64,000 nt of DNA from Chiloscyllium plagiosum (GCF_004010195.1 NC_057711.1:53285750-53349749); one strand, 5' to 3'; shown: positions 12,918 through 25,810, numbered from the stretch's first letter. Notes: a model not told the origin generated them from the letters alone. Translations and numbers: made by a program.

Positions 12918-14189
12918 AATATCACATCAAAAATGTTCATATGTAATTTTTATTTATTAAGAGTATCAGATCAATATTTTCCTTCTCATCATTCTAAAAT
13001 GAACACATTGGAAAAGAAGGACCAAGTTATCATTTATGTCTTAAACTTTATAAGATACTTGAATTAGGTCACCTTTATCTTACATGCTCAAGTAATAATT
13101 GCAGCTAAGGCAAATTATTCACAGCAGAATCACAGTACAGCACTGAGTAGATTAATTCATTGCAATGTCCAGAGTACGCAAGGATGAAGTTCAATACAAA
13201 GTTGCATAATTTAACTGACTTGATTTAATGGTACAGTAGAATGCTTAACTATCCACCATCAGTCATTAGCACCTAAATAAGGAACACTTGTAATTTGAGT
13301 TTTTCATTAATAATTAAGAATCTTCGGTCTTTACAGTTTGGTATTTTTGATAGACTCCAGTATCTAGATTCTGATAATAGGCGGATAAAATGTGCACTTC
13401 ACTTTTTAGAATAGATTGTATACATCAGTTTTGTGTTGTTTGCTCGCCCCTGGAATCTTTGGATGCATGATTGGTGACTGTCTCAAACTATTTATTTTCC
13501 CTAGCACTCTTCCTAATGTAGTCAATCTTTCAATTAACAACAAACAATTTGTGATAAACAAGAGATTGTAAATGTACTGTTCACAGTGGAAGATAGTCTT
13601 CATGTATTACAAGGAAATTCTAGTTTGAATACAGCCTGTAAACTTACCAATAAATCTTGGTTGTAATATAGGTCACTTTCTCTGTGTTCAAAGATTTAAG
13701 CTGTTAAACTAGCAGTTTGATACATTAAATTTTCTCTGTGGTGTGTTATGCTTTATTTTTCTCATTCTTCAATTTAAACTGCCTGGAAAACAAAATTCTG
13801 TAGTGTTCCACTGTAAGCACCACATCTCTAGGTTCTAACCTTGGAAGACAATACAGCTTAACTTTGGAAATAATGCATCTTCCTCCTGACCCTTATAAAT
13901 CAAGTGATGAAACAAAGAACAAAGCCAAGGGAAGGGACCCTGGATTTTGAACTATCTTAAAAAAACATATTCCTAGTCAGTCAGTTGGCAATAATAGTAC
14001 TGGCAGTTTGTATACCAAGTGAAAACAAACATGAAAGCAACTCAAATGATACAGGTGAGGACCCAGCAAGATTGTAGTCTATGGCTAAACACCTGAAGAG
14101 AGCGGTTTTAAAAGAAAACTATCTCCTAGTACTATCAAATAGCTTTTATTCACCAGTGCCATTCAGCTCCGAATCTCATTCAGATTTGG

Positions 14190-15525
14190 TCCAAGGAAAA
14201 GAGCTGAACTCCAGAGGCAAGATGAAAGTGGCATGAGAGTGGCTTGACTGAGAGTGGCATCAAGGAGCCCCAGTAAAACTGGAGTCAATATGAAACAGAG
14301 GAAGATGTTAAACAGGTTGAAGTCAAACTTAGCTCAAGGGGAAGATAATTGTGATTGCTGAAGGTCAGTCATCTCATCTCCAGGACAACTCTACAAGAGC
14401 TCCTCACATTAGTATCTTGGTCCCTATCATCTCTAGCTCTTCATCAATGGCCTTCCAGCATAAGGTGCCTGCTGATGATTAACCAATGTTCAGCACCATT
14501 TACAACTCCTCAGATGTTGAAGTAGTCTGTGTCCAAATGCAGCAAGGCCTGGGCAACATTCCCCTGATAAATGGCAAGCAACATGTACAGCTCAAGCGTC
14601 AGGCAGTGACCATGGTCCAGCAAAACAGGAATCCAACTGTTACTCATTCATACTCATTGGCATTACCAATGCTGAATCCTCTGGTACCATCATCCTGGGG
14701 GTTACTATTAGAGTCATAGAGATGTACAGCATGGAAACAGACCCTTCNNNNNNNNNNNNNNNNNNNNNNNNNNNNNNNNNNNNNNNNNNNNNNNNNNNNN
14801 NNNNNNNNNNNNNNNNNNNNNNNNNNNNNNNNNNNNNNNNNNNNNNNNNNNNNNNNNNNNNNNNNNNNNNNNNNNNNNNNNNNNNNNNNNNNNNNNNNNN
14901 NNNNNNNNNNNNNNNNNNNNNNNNNNNNNNNNNNNNNNNNNNNNNNNNNNNNNNNNNNNNNNNNNNNNNNNNNNNNNNNNNNNNNNNNNNNNNNNNNNNN
15001 NNNNNNNNNNNNNNNNNNNNNNNNNNNNNNNNNNNNNNNNNNNNNNNNNNNNNNNNNNNNNNNNNNNNNNNNNNNNNNNNNNNNNNNNNNNNNNNNNNNN
15101 NNNNNNNNNNNNNNNNNNNNNNNNNNNNNNNNNNNNNNNNNNNNNNNNNNNNNNNNNNNNNNNNNNNNNNNNNNNNNNNNNNNNNNNNNNNNNNNNNNNN
15201 NNNNNNNNNNNNNNNNNNNNNNNNNNNNNNNNNNNNNNNNNNNNNNNNNNNNGGAATGAGCTGCCAGAGGAAGTGGTGGAGGGTGGTACAATTGCAACAT
15301 TTAAAAGGCATTTGGATGGGTATATGAATAGGGAGGGTTTGGAGGGATATGGGCCGGGTGCTGGCAGGTGGGACTAGATTGGTTTGGGATATCTGGTCGT
15401 CATGGACGGGTTGGACCAAAGGGTCTGTTTCCAAGCTGTACATCTCTATGACTGTATGATTTTATGCAATTTCAAAGGGCAAGATGCTGGCCCAGCCAGT
15501 GACACTGATATCCCATGAACAATTT
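14190..15525 (+). mobile_element. Old L2/CR1-like LINE fragment interrupted by CR1 tails (14711-14747 minus; 15253-15460 plus) around an N gap
   Basis: RT-like remnants (cttcatcaatggccttcc, gctgatgatt) shared with 32900-33845; CR1 tails on both sides of the gap. Confidence 0.7.
14748..15252. other. Assembly gap (N)
   Basis: Run of n. Confidence 1.
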
Positions 15526-16402
15526 TTTCAATCTAAAGAACTCCACTTGTCTTCTTTTAATATTTTCTCCATCCTCATTCAATAATTTCTTATTAGTTCT
15601 TTTCTCCACCCAACTTAGCCTTAGGACCTTTTTTAAGCACCAGTTTTAATTCTGTTTCCCAATGCTGCAAGCTTCGCATGAATAATTCACTATTGACCAG
15701 ATGTAACATGTTAGTGCGTGCATTTTCATTTCAAGACTCCAACTGACACAGCTTAGAATGTTGTTTAATTTCATGAAGCAGTTTTGTCACAATGCTTCAT
15801 GATACAGTTTAATTGATATGCTGTTACTTGTTTTATTTACTGTGAGGTTGAAAACTTGAAAGTGCACTTTCTTTGTCTTTGACAGTGTATTTTCTTTGGC
15901 ATTCAGTGTAAACTTGTGCATAAAATTTTTCTTTGCAATTTTATTGATTAATTTCTGCAAATCTTCATTTGTTGATAGAAGCAAAGTGTCATCATCATTG
16001 TGGATATTGTTGATACTGTTTCCTCCTTTCTTGTATCTTTCATCCCTTCAATTCCTGTACGAATTTACTCACTGCTGGGCAGAGACAGTTTGGTGAGGGA
16101 ACAAAACCTTATCTAACCCTTCTTTTGATCACTTTCCAAGAGTTAAACGTTTTCCCCAGTTCCAGCTTTACTGCCTAATTCTGGTAAATATTCGTGATGA
16201 AGCTTTGTATTGATGCTGATGTCTTCAGAATTTTCATAAGTTGATTACATCAAATTGAAATGCAAAATTAAGTTCAATCTTAAGGACCTTCATGTTTGAT
16301 CTTGTAGTGCAGGTAAGTAGCACATATCATCTCTACCTATTTAAAGGGTGTGTGCATGTACACATTACGTGTAACTCACATTTTGTGTCTTTTTAAATGT
16401 AG

Positions 16403-16534
16403 GGAGCTTGTATTTTGCACATGTTGAGAAATTTTCTAACAGAGGAGGTATTTCAAAGAGGTTTAGTTCATTATCTACGAAAATACAGCTACAGAAATGC
16501 CAAAAATGAAGACTTGTGGAACAGTATGGCCAAT
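16403..16534 (+). CDS. ERAP2: ERAP2-like exon 9: [44 protein letters not shown]
   Basis: atgtag acceptor, gtaaga donor, 132 nt. Confidence 0.95.
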
Positions 16535-16864
16535 GTAAGAGTTTTTTCTATTGCCTGAAAGTTGGATTATGTATTTGTTTAATACGACATCATTCTGTTA
16601 ATTGTTTCACTATCTTTAAATTATTTCCAATGCTTTTGGAAATAATGAAGATTACAGTAATTTGTGGCAACGTATCATTCAATTCAGAAATTATAGGATT
16701 GTATTAATATTTTTCTTAATGGTTAACACCAGCATTTTTAAATGGAGCTGGTTGCCATCTCTTTTCTGTTCTATTTTTCTGCACTGTTTGAATTGATTTC
16801 TTATTGATTAATTTTGTTTGGAGTTTTACTCCAGATGTTTTTCTGAGGCTTAAAAAAGAGATTT

Positions 16865-17200
16865 GTTTTTAAACTTGTTCCTTAGATAAGGATATCACGG
16901 ACTAGGCCAGCATTTATTGCCCATCCCTAAGTGTTAAGAGTCAACCACATTGCTGTGGATCTGGAGTCACATGTAGGCTAGACCAGGTAAAGATTGCAGA
17001 TTTCCTTCCCTAAAGGGTATTAGTGAACCAGATGGGTTTTCTTCCAATAATCAATATTGGTTTTAGAATTTTTTCATTTAATTGAACTCAAATTCCATCA
17101 TCTACCGTGGCAGAATTGGAACCCAGGTCCCCAAAATATTGTCTGGGTCTCCAGATTAATAGTCCAACAATAACATCACTATGCCATCAATTCGCCTACA
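16865..17200 (-). mobile_element. SINE with gggcaataaatgctggc tail
   Basis: ggccagcatttattgcccatcccta tail and gaacccagg B-box-like on the reverse strand. Confidence 0.7.
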
Positions 17201-17724
17201 TTATTATTTTCCTTTCAAACTAGAAAGCATCTCTTAGAAGCCTGTTACTCAGGTTACTTTAATGATTTCAGAAATTAAATAAAACAATCTCCTCATTATT
17301 GCTCGTCAGGCATTGGTTGTGTTATGCACCATCATGTGATCATTCCTGACTTTGGAAAAGAGTAAAATAAACCCACCACGCTAAACATAGTTGAAGCAAT
17401 GACCTTGTAAACAGATTTATTGAACAAAAATAGATCACTGTGACGCATTTCAAATTTGCAGTAATCACAGACTTCACTATCTACTTTCAAAATGACACAA
17501 AATAGTGTTCATTTGCTGTATGAAATGGCAGTGGGACCAAAACCCAAATATTAATCTCTGGCTCAATTGATCTTTTTGTTAATTTTCTTTTACTTTACAG
17601 ATTACATCACGTTTACATTCCTACTCATCACTTGTTTTGACTTCAGAATGTGATAAATAAATATCTCTAATCTGTGTTTGAAGACCTAAATCATTGTTTG
17701 AAGGCCTAAACCATTGTCTCATGG

Positions 17725-18075
17725 ATTTCTGAGTAAGGGTCACTGAACCCCAAACATTATCTCTGATTTATCACCACTGTTTTTGCCAGATCTGCTGGGC
17801 TTTTCCAGCAATTTCTATTTTTAGGTCTAGTGGATTGTTTATTTTATAATCAAAGAAAATCTTGTAGGATACGTGATGCAACTCATAAACCAACATAGCT
17901 GATGGAAATTTCTGTTGGATTAACTACTCAATTGGAACAAAAGTAAAAGCAAATTTCTGCAGATGCTGGAATCTGAAACCAAAAGAGAAAATGTTGGAAA
18001 ATCTCAGCAGGTCTTGCAGCATCTGTAAGGAGAGAAAACAGCTGACATTTTGAGTCGAACTGACTCTTTGTCAAA
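17725..18075. mobile_element. Two decayed PLE terminal fragments (17725-17822 plus; 17940-18075 minus) with eroded hammerhead cores
   Basis: ctgagta-agggtc/aaccc-caaacat; reverse-strand ttgacaa-agagtc/gactc-aaaatgtc; gatgctgc..gacctgctg..ttttcc motif. Confidence 0.6.
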
Positions 18076-18310
18076 TGCTTTCAAAATTTGCTTAAGATAA
18101 CAAGCTAGGTATTCCCAAAATACCAGAATTCAAAAAGCAATTGTAAAATGGATCTGAAAAAATGTTTAAGTTTACAAAATTCTTTCAGGAACTGTTACAG
18201 AAACTTTTGATTTACTGCCTGGAAATGAAGCATGTGCTTCATGATCTTTGGGGATTGTATAAGTTTGTGAAGGTAATGCAAAAACAATTTCTGTTTTGAT
18301 ATGCCAACAG

Positions 18311-18379
18311 ACTTGCACTGAGGAAGACTTTACCTCAGGTGGATTCTGCTACAGTGCCTCACAAGCTGCTAAAAATGCT
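18311..18379 (+). CDS. ERAP2: ERAP2-like exon 10, two-Cys loop: TCTEEDFTSGGFCYSASQAAKNA
   Basis: caacag acceptor, gtaaga donor, 69 nt; CxExDFTSGGxC resembles the human ERAP2 exon-10 loop as recalled. Confidence 0.9.
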
Positions 18380-19140
18380 GTAAGATGTGATTCATTTTAG
18401 TCTTTGTTAAACCTTGTATAAGTCTGGTCACCTCTGAGTATACTCAAATTGCAATATCTCACATTTGTCATAAGTATCTACATAATTACAACCTGTGGGA
18501 TCTTAGAATTCTTGGGATCAGGTCTTGGTGCTGGGTGGAATTAATTTAAATAGTATTGGGAAATCAAAAAAAACAGCATGATGCATATGGAGAATTTACA
18601 ATAGTAGTAATTTAATGAAAAGACTACTTGACCATGAAGTTCCTTAAATTATGATGTTTATTTATGTTACACATTTCTAATTGTATGTGTTAGGAATTAT
18701 CAACCTTCACTCAAATTCCTGCATTTGCTGAGTTTGTTGCTGCTTTGGAATTGTGTATATAAATATTTATCATCAACCTGTTCAGACATATTCAAACACA
18801 GATCTGGGGAGGTGGGGCTGGACCTTCTGGCGCCTAAGGAGGGACACTACCAGTACCACAAGAGCCCTTAAAAAAGAAACAATCAAACCATCGATGAGGG
18901 TGTGAGAGAAGTAAAAAGTAACTGAATTTATAGAATGCAATTGCACCTTCATTTATGCAAGACGCCATACCTAAGCATCTACATCCAAGTAATCTACCAT
19001 TCAAAGTCACAACCATTAGGTTAAAAGTAAATTTTGATTGCTAATGCATTGTATGTTTGTATTTGTGTTAACACTTTTAAAAAGTCGGGGAAAAATAAAA
19101 CATTGTTTCTTAAATTGTACTGTGCCTTTCTATTCCTCAG

Positions 19141-19316
19141 TACCTTTATGCAGGGGAACATTTAGATATCAAGGAAATTATGAACACATGGACACTTCAG
19201 CAAGGAATACCGGTGATAATTGTTGATCATAATGGGAGTAAAGTCAAGCTAGAACAAGAGCGCTTTCTTAAGGGGGTGCTCCCAGAAGACTCCACCTGGG
19301 ACTCACTGCAATCTGG
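19141..19316 (+). CDS. ERAP2: ERAP2-like exon 11: YLYAGEHLDIKEIMNTWTLQQGIPVIIV...QERFLKGVLPEDSTWDSLQSG
   Basis: cctcag acceptor, GG|gtattc donor, 176 nt. Confidence 0.93.
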
Positions 19317-19451
19317 GTATTCGTGTCTCCGTTGTATTCTTTTTAATTTTCTTCTTTGTTTTGATGAAATATTATTTGTCTTTGTGGATAAAGTTCTAGG
19401 TGCAATCTGCAATATTTTAAAAATCAAATACACTTCTCATGATTTTTGCAG

Positions 19452-19531
19452 CTACCTGTGGCAGGTCCCACTAACCTATATCACAAGCAGTTCGAAAGCC
19501 ATTGGTAAACACTTACTGAAAACAAAAACAG
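19452..19531 (+). CDS. ERAP2: ERAP2-like exon 12: YLWQVPLTYITSSSKAIGKHLLKTKT
   Basis: ttgcag acceptor, G|gtacgt donor, 80 nt. Confidence 0.93.
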
Positions 19532-20282
19532 GTACGTGTGCTGCAAATTGCTGTTTTCCAATAAAGTAGTACTAACTGAAAAGAATCCAAATAAAACTTA
19601 AATAAAAGCAAAGATTTTTTTGAAATGTATCTTAATGAAGATTTAATTTAAACTCACCTTGTATAGTATTTAATATAGCTCAAACATTGCAATTCAGTTT
19701 TACTGTATAATGCTTGTAATATTATGTACAATGTAGTTCTATGATAGCTAAAGCCATCCTTTAACATTTGAAAATGAAATAGTGTGTATTCCCACTGAAT
19801 TACCTCATTTGGCAGTTTTATTTACTTGGTAGCCCTCTTGCTGATAACTTAAGAAATTGAAGTTCAAGTTACCTTTTTAAGAACTTAATATGGACTGAAA
19901 CTTCTGTAATGAAATCAGGAGTTCCTGCTTAACTTGGAAATATTAAAGTGAATAAGCATTCTGATGGCTCTCAATGGACAGCAGCTAAAAATGACTAACT
20001 GCTTATGTATTAATTGTTGTTTCTGGGATTTTCCTATGATTAAGTTGGCTGCTGTGTTTATCCACAAGCCAATTCATTGTTTAGCAATAAAGGAACGCCA
20101 CTGAGACACCATACTAATGTTGTAAATGCTGAGTTAATTGAGTGTAGATGTGTGACTTCTTTATTCATGTTGATATGTGAATGCTCCAGGTATGATTCAG
20201 AGCAGCTGTTGTTAATTGGAACAAATATTTTAGAAGCATTCACTTCCAAATCTTTTCAAAATATGAAAAAGAACTATTTCTT

Positions 20283-20370
20283 GAGTCTCTTATGGTGCAG
20301 TTGCAGTATCCCTGCCTCTGAACCAGGAGTCCATGGTTCAAGTCCCACAGTACCAGAGGTGTGTAATGAT
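20283..20370 (+). mobile_element. Short tRNA-derived SINE head (related reverse copies at about 18800-18868 and split at 29810-29842/32875-32898)
   Basis: A-box-like tggtgcagttg and B-box ggttcaagtccc. Confidence 0.6.
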
Positions 20371-20751
20371 TTTTCTCTGTAGGGATTTGTAGAAAAGATT
20401 AGTGGTCAGTATTGATGCTGGGCTGAGGAGAGAAAATAAACTTGTGGGGAAGGCAGGCTGGCTCCTGCTTCCTCCTTTACTGAATAAATCTTTGCCTAAT
20501 TAACACATTATGTCATTGCATGTTTATTTATCAATTGCTTTTCCGAGACTATATTTGATTCTCTGCATCAACGTTTCTCAGAGGGGTTAAGGATGGGATC
20601 TGATCCAGGCGGCTTTTCTTTTGCTAGCATGTGCATGATGGGCCAACTACATTCTGTCCAGTGTTCTTCCTATATTTCTCCATTTGATCTGTTAGCTTTA
20701 AGAATTTCTCTTTACTAATTAGCTTCATTAACTTAATTTTACCTCAATCAG

Positions 20752-20935
20752 ATCATATTGAACTAGATGGAGAGGCTCAATGGGTTAAATTTAATGTGGA
20801 CATGAATGGATATTACATTGTACATTATAAGCGTGCTGGATGGGATTCTTTGATTAATCTGCTGTGGCAGAACCACACATTACTGAGCCAGAAGGATCGA
20901 GCAAACCTGATTCATAATGCTTTCCAACTTGTCAG
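20752..20935 (+). CDS. ERAP2: ERAP2-like exon 13: DHIELDGEAQWVKFNVDMNGYYIVHY...DRANLIHNAFQLVS
   Basis: aatcag acceptor, AG|gtattg donor, 184 nt; WVKFNV-GYYIVHY motif. Confidence 0.95.
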
Positions 20936-21339
20936 GTATTGTAGAAAGTTACTATTACTGTATTAACTATTATGTTCAATCATAAAATTAATGTATCAAA
21001 ATATGTTACTGGAATTGTGCTTAATTTAAGATCACCCAGCTTACACAGAGCAACAATGTCACATGGCATCCCCCCTGCCCCAATCCTGTGTTAGTGCTGC
21101 CTGCTAAAATATTTTAAATCCATGCTTGTATTCCCCAATCCAATGAGCACACAGCAGCAACATTTATCTCACCCTGGTTTCCTATATTCCACCAGAGAAT
21201 CTCAGGCACCAGACCATTGGCGGACTGCTTTCACCCCACTCACTACTACTGAGCTCCTGACCACTTTGGCTTTTCACAACCATCATTCCTTTCCTTTAGT
21301 ACAGTAATCAGTGATGGGCTAAATGTGTTGTGTGTGTCA

Positions 21340-21980
21340 CTAGCAAGGCTTGCATTTGTTGCCCATCCCTAACTGCCCTTGAACTGGGTGGCTTGCTGTA
21401 CACTTCAGAGGGGCAGTCAAGATGGGTCTGGGGTCACATGCAGGGCAGGCCAGACCAGGTAAGGACAGGACATCCCTAAAGGACATTAATACAGGTCGTT
21501 CTGCTCGAACATGACAGTTGTGTTCCTCTGCAACCTCGCGCTGTACAAAATTGCACTATGGAAAACTGCTATAGAAAATTGCGCTGTAGAATATCGCAAA
21601 TAGAAAATCGCAATACCAGTTCAGTAGAAAGTTTGCATTATCTGAACAATGTCCACTATTGATCAGTCGCGTTATAGCCAATTCACGCTGATAAAATGCG
21701 CATTATAAGGAAATGACCTGTAAAGTGGATGGGTTTGTATGATGAGTAACAACGGTTACACCATTACTATAAGAGTGACGAGAACCTTAGGCTAACATTC
21801 CAGGGCACTTGGCTTCGAATCTCACCACAACAAATGTTGAAGTTTGAATTTAACAAAATCTGGAAATAAACACTAATCTAACAGCAATGGTTACACAGTT
21901 GCCCTGTGTACAAGTGCCCTGAAACATTAACCTTAGGTTCTCATCACTCTTATAGTGACAATGCCACTATGCTACTGCCT
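21340..21980 (-). mobile_element. SINE (same family as 16865-17200) interrupted by a MITE
   Basis: gcatttgttgcccatccctaa tail; shared ggccagaccaggtaagga block. Confidence 0.65.
21492..21720. mobile_element. Tc1/mariner-pogo (Tigger-like) MITE
   Basis: TA|CAGGTCGTT...AATGACCTG|TA terminal inverted repeats with TA duplication; internal gctatagaaaa-like repeats. Confidence 0.85.
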
Positions 21981-22849
21981 CCATTCAATTTGATTGAGTA
22001 GTGCCAGCCAGCTAAAGAGCTTACCTTAACTGTACCTTAGCCCTTTCAGCTGTTGAGCAGGGCCCATAGAGCCTTAATTTTCTTTTTACTATTTGCCATC
22101 AGTTGCCTTTCTCTCCTCCTGTGACTTAATATAGTGATCTTATTAGTATCAGTAGTTCAGCCACTTCCTCCTGAACTCCCATCTTACTCTGGAATTTTTA
22201 CATGCTGCCTCTTCATGGCCACTTTAACTTTTTGACTCTGCTTAATGTCCTGTAGCAATCAGGCCATTCACCCTGTCATATGTTGCCTTGCTTCAGCTTT
22301 CTCTTCCTCTTTCTTACCACAAAGATTCATTCTAACACCCTGCTCCTCAGCCTCTAACTTTTCTCTTAGCAGATACTTTTTGATTAACCATTGGTAACCA
22401 GTAAGAACTGAATCTTAACATATTCTGTCAGCATGAGCCATAAATGCCAGAATAAAGCATTTTGTATGGGTGAAGTTTGAGAACAATTTGCATTTGTTGT
22501 GGGGGCATCACTTACACTCAGTATTTGAACAGGAAGTAGTTATTCACAAAAACTGACAAATAAATAAAAATAACTTGTTTGAAATAACTTGCTTGAGGTA
22601 ATCTAACTTTGATCTGTGATCAGAGACAGGAGCATGTGACTGCTGGTGAAGTAAATATGGAAAATCAAGGGGTAGCTATGGAAGAGCCTACACCTTCTGA
22701 TCCAAGATTGTTTCTTGCTATCATACCTGTTCACTTCCATACTAACAAAGCTCCCTCACCTTTCCTTCCTGCCTGTCTTTCTGAAAAACCACATACCTCT
22801 GAATATTTATTTCCCAGCTTTGATCTCCTTATCACTTTGTATTATCATT

Positions 22850-23915
22850 GAGTTATTGAGGCATACAGCATATGAACAGGCCCTTCAGCCCACCATGTGT
22901 ATGCTGACCAACAAACATCAAACTGCACTAGTTCTATTTACCTGCACTTTGTCCATAGCCTATTATGCCCTGGCATTTTAAGAGCTCGTCTAGATGCTTC
23001 TTAAATGTTGTCAGAGTACCTGGCTCCAATGTCCTCTCAGGTGGCACATTCCATATTTCTAACACCCTCTGGATGAAAAATAGATCTCCTTTAAAATACT
23101 AACTTGCCACATTAAAATTATGCCCTTTCGTCTCAGACATGTCTGCCATGGGGAAGAGATTCTCACAATCTGTTCTGAATATACCTCTCATAATTTTGTA
23201 TACCTCAGTCAGATCAAACCCCCCTTACCCCAGCCTCTTCTGCTCCAAGGAAAACAAACCCAGCCTATCCAGTCAGTATTACTAACTGAGACTTTTCATT
23301 CCAGCCAACATCCTAATGAATCTCTTCTGCATCCTCTCCAGTGCAGTCACATCCTTCCAGTAGTATGGTGACCAGAACTGCACACAGTATTCCATTTGTG
23401 GCCTAACAGTGTTTTAAAAAGTTGTCATAAGAGTTCCTTGCTCCTATATTCCATGAATGTATGACCTACCTAGTGAAGGCAATTTCTTGTATTCTGTCTA
23501 CTTGTTATCAGCAAACTTACTAATTATACCTTCCATATTCACATCCACATCATAAATGTACATAACAAACAGCAAGGGTGCCAGCACCAAACCCTGTGGT
23601 ACACTGCTGGTTACAGGCTTCCAATTACAAAAGCAGCCCTCCACCATCATCCTTTGCTTCCTATTTGGAAGCCAATTTTAGTTGCAGTTTGCCAACTTGG
23701 CTTGGAACCCAGCGGCTCTTACCTTTTGATCAGCCTTCTATGTAGGACCTTGTCAAAGGCTTTAATGAAGTCCATGTAAACCACGTCAAATGCACTATCC
23801 TCATCAATATATTTAGTCACCTTTTCAAAAATCTCAGTTAAATTAGTCAGATTGGATGTCTCTGTATCAAATCTACACTGACTATCCCTGATCAATCCCT
23901 GCCTTTCCAACAAGA
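22850..23915 (-). mobile_element. CR1 RT/3' fragment
   Basis: SNLTNLTEIFEKVT...DVVYMDFIKAFDKV peptide; CR1 3' UTR. Confidence 0.85.
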
Positions 23916-23949
23916 TAGATTCAATGGTGTTGAAGCTTCACTAACAAGT

Positions 23950-24602
23950 TATAGTGGGCTATCAGTGATGGAGTTGAAATGGACTAGTCAGATAAATAAT
24001 GTGCCAAATAAAGAAGGTCAGACACTCAGAATGCTGCAGAGTAACTTGCCTCCTAGCACCATATACCTGTCCACCATCTACAACGCACAAGTTGTGAGTG
24101 TGATAGAATGCTACCCACTTGTCTGTATGAGAGCAACTCCAGTGGTACTTGAGGCTTGAGGCTTGAAGCAGGCTGTTTGATTTTCACCCCTTTCAGCACC
24201 TTCAACATTCACTCCCTTCATCACTGCTGCACTGTAGCAGCAGTGTGTACCACCAACAGGATGCGCTGCAGAAATTCATCAAGGCTCGTTTGACAGTATC
24301 TTCCTGACATGTAATCTTGACCATCTAAAAAAACTATCAAAAGATGAATGGGAATATCATTGCCTTTTAAGTTCCCTTCCAAGTCTTACACCATGCTGAG
24401 TTAGAACTATATCACCATTCTTTCACTGTCACTGAGTCAAAATCCTGTAACACCCTCCCTAACACGTCTTGGGTATCCCAACACACATGGACTGCTGTGG
24501 TTTAAGAAGGAACCTCACCTGCTTACCTTCTACAAGGCAGTTAGGGATGGGTAATAAATGCTAGACTAGTCAGTGACATCCATATCCCATGAACAAATGA
24601 AA
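23950..24602 (+). mobile_element. L2/CR1-like LINE 3' fragment
   Basis: Homologous to 33230-33845; tail gggtaataaatgctag. Confidence 0.7.
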
Positions 24603-24678
24603 ATTAGTTTGATTGCGAATAAAATTTGATCTTTGGTTTTGCTGGAACAGTTTAACGAGTGATTATTGCTGTATTTAG

Positions 24679-24835
24679 TGCAGGAAAGTTGTCACTTGAT
24701 CGAGCACTTGACTTGACCCGTTACCTCAGGCATGAGAACAAGATCATTCCAGTGTTGCAGGGTCTGGATTACCTTGAGGTGTATTACAGAATGGTTCTGA
24801 GAAGAAATATCTCTGATGTTGCAGCAAATCTGAAG
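24679..24835 (+). CDS. ERAP2: ERAP2-like exon 14: AGKLSLDRALDLTRYLRHE...NISDVAANLK
   Basis: atttag acceptor, AAG|gtaaga donor, 157 nt. Confidence 0.94.
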
Positions 24836-25810
24836 GTAAGATTCTTATGTGTTACTTGACCAATATTTATTCATAGTGATAAAAATGATAATGATGGAAA
24901 CTACATGATAAAATTTGAAGGTTTAACATTAATATTACATTTTTTAGATATAATTAAGTGCACTAAATTCAAAAGAGAACAAAATTGACTGGGAGACTTA
25001 GAAAAGATCAGAGCTTTCCCAGTTTGTAGACTTAATAGACACGAAACTTACTGTTGGTCATGTGTCAGTTGAGTTTCATGTGAATATATTGTCTCATGTC
25101 ATGGAGCAGCTTGAATCACTGTTGACCATTACAAATTTTCAATAGCAAGCATGTATGCAGAGCCATTTTATGAAACACTTTGAAAGTTTGGAAATATTTG
25201 CAGCAACCTGGTTATGTATGTGTACAAATTCAATTAATGGTTTTCCCATTTTACCAAAGCTCTCCTTGAACCTACAAATACCAGTCATAGTAAAGTCCCC
25301 AAAGAACTTAAGGCACTTTGCTTATGGATTTTTAACATCCATCCTCCAAAGCATATAAATTCATGCTTTGTAATGCTTCCATGTGCAACAGTAGATTTAA
25401 AACCTCACTCACCCCAAATAATCAGTCATCATGTTAAGGGAGTGGCTTTAGACAATTCTGTTATGGAGACCATCATACCATAATCCAATTTTGTCCCCTA
25501 CTCAGCATGCAATAAAGTAGCAAGAGAACAAACTGGAGAGGAAACCCTGTTTGTTTTACCAGGGGAAATGAGCTAGCTGTCATGTGAATGTTGATAATAG
25601 ACTTGGCTATGTCATGACTTACCATAGCCTAATGACTGAACACACAACTAATTCTCCCTTATCTCTCAGCAACATATCAGATTTCCATTTATCTAATGAA
25701 CTATGGGCGATCTCTGTAGTTAATCTTTAAATATGTGTTAATTTTATGAGATTTTACACCAACTGTCTTTCACCTATGAGTATAATTGTGTGCTGCTACT
25801 TATGTTTCAG

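Noticed and set aside
17675-17717. 20-bp tandem duplication tgtttgaag(a/g)cctaaa(t/c)cat
   Set aside because: Ordinary slippage duplication with no evident function
19141-19153. Alternative acceptor (tatgcag) 13 nt inside exon 11
   Set aside because: Out of frame; the upstream acceptor has a better pyrimidine tract and gives the expected 176-nt exon
21540-21630. Short repeated units (gctatagaaaa...) resembling an array
   Set aside because: Internal repeats of a TA-flanked MITE with no unique spacers; eukaryotic DNA, not CRISPR
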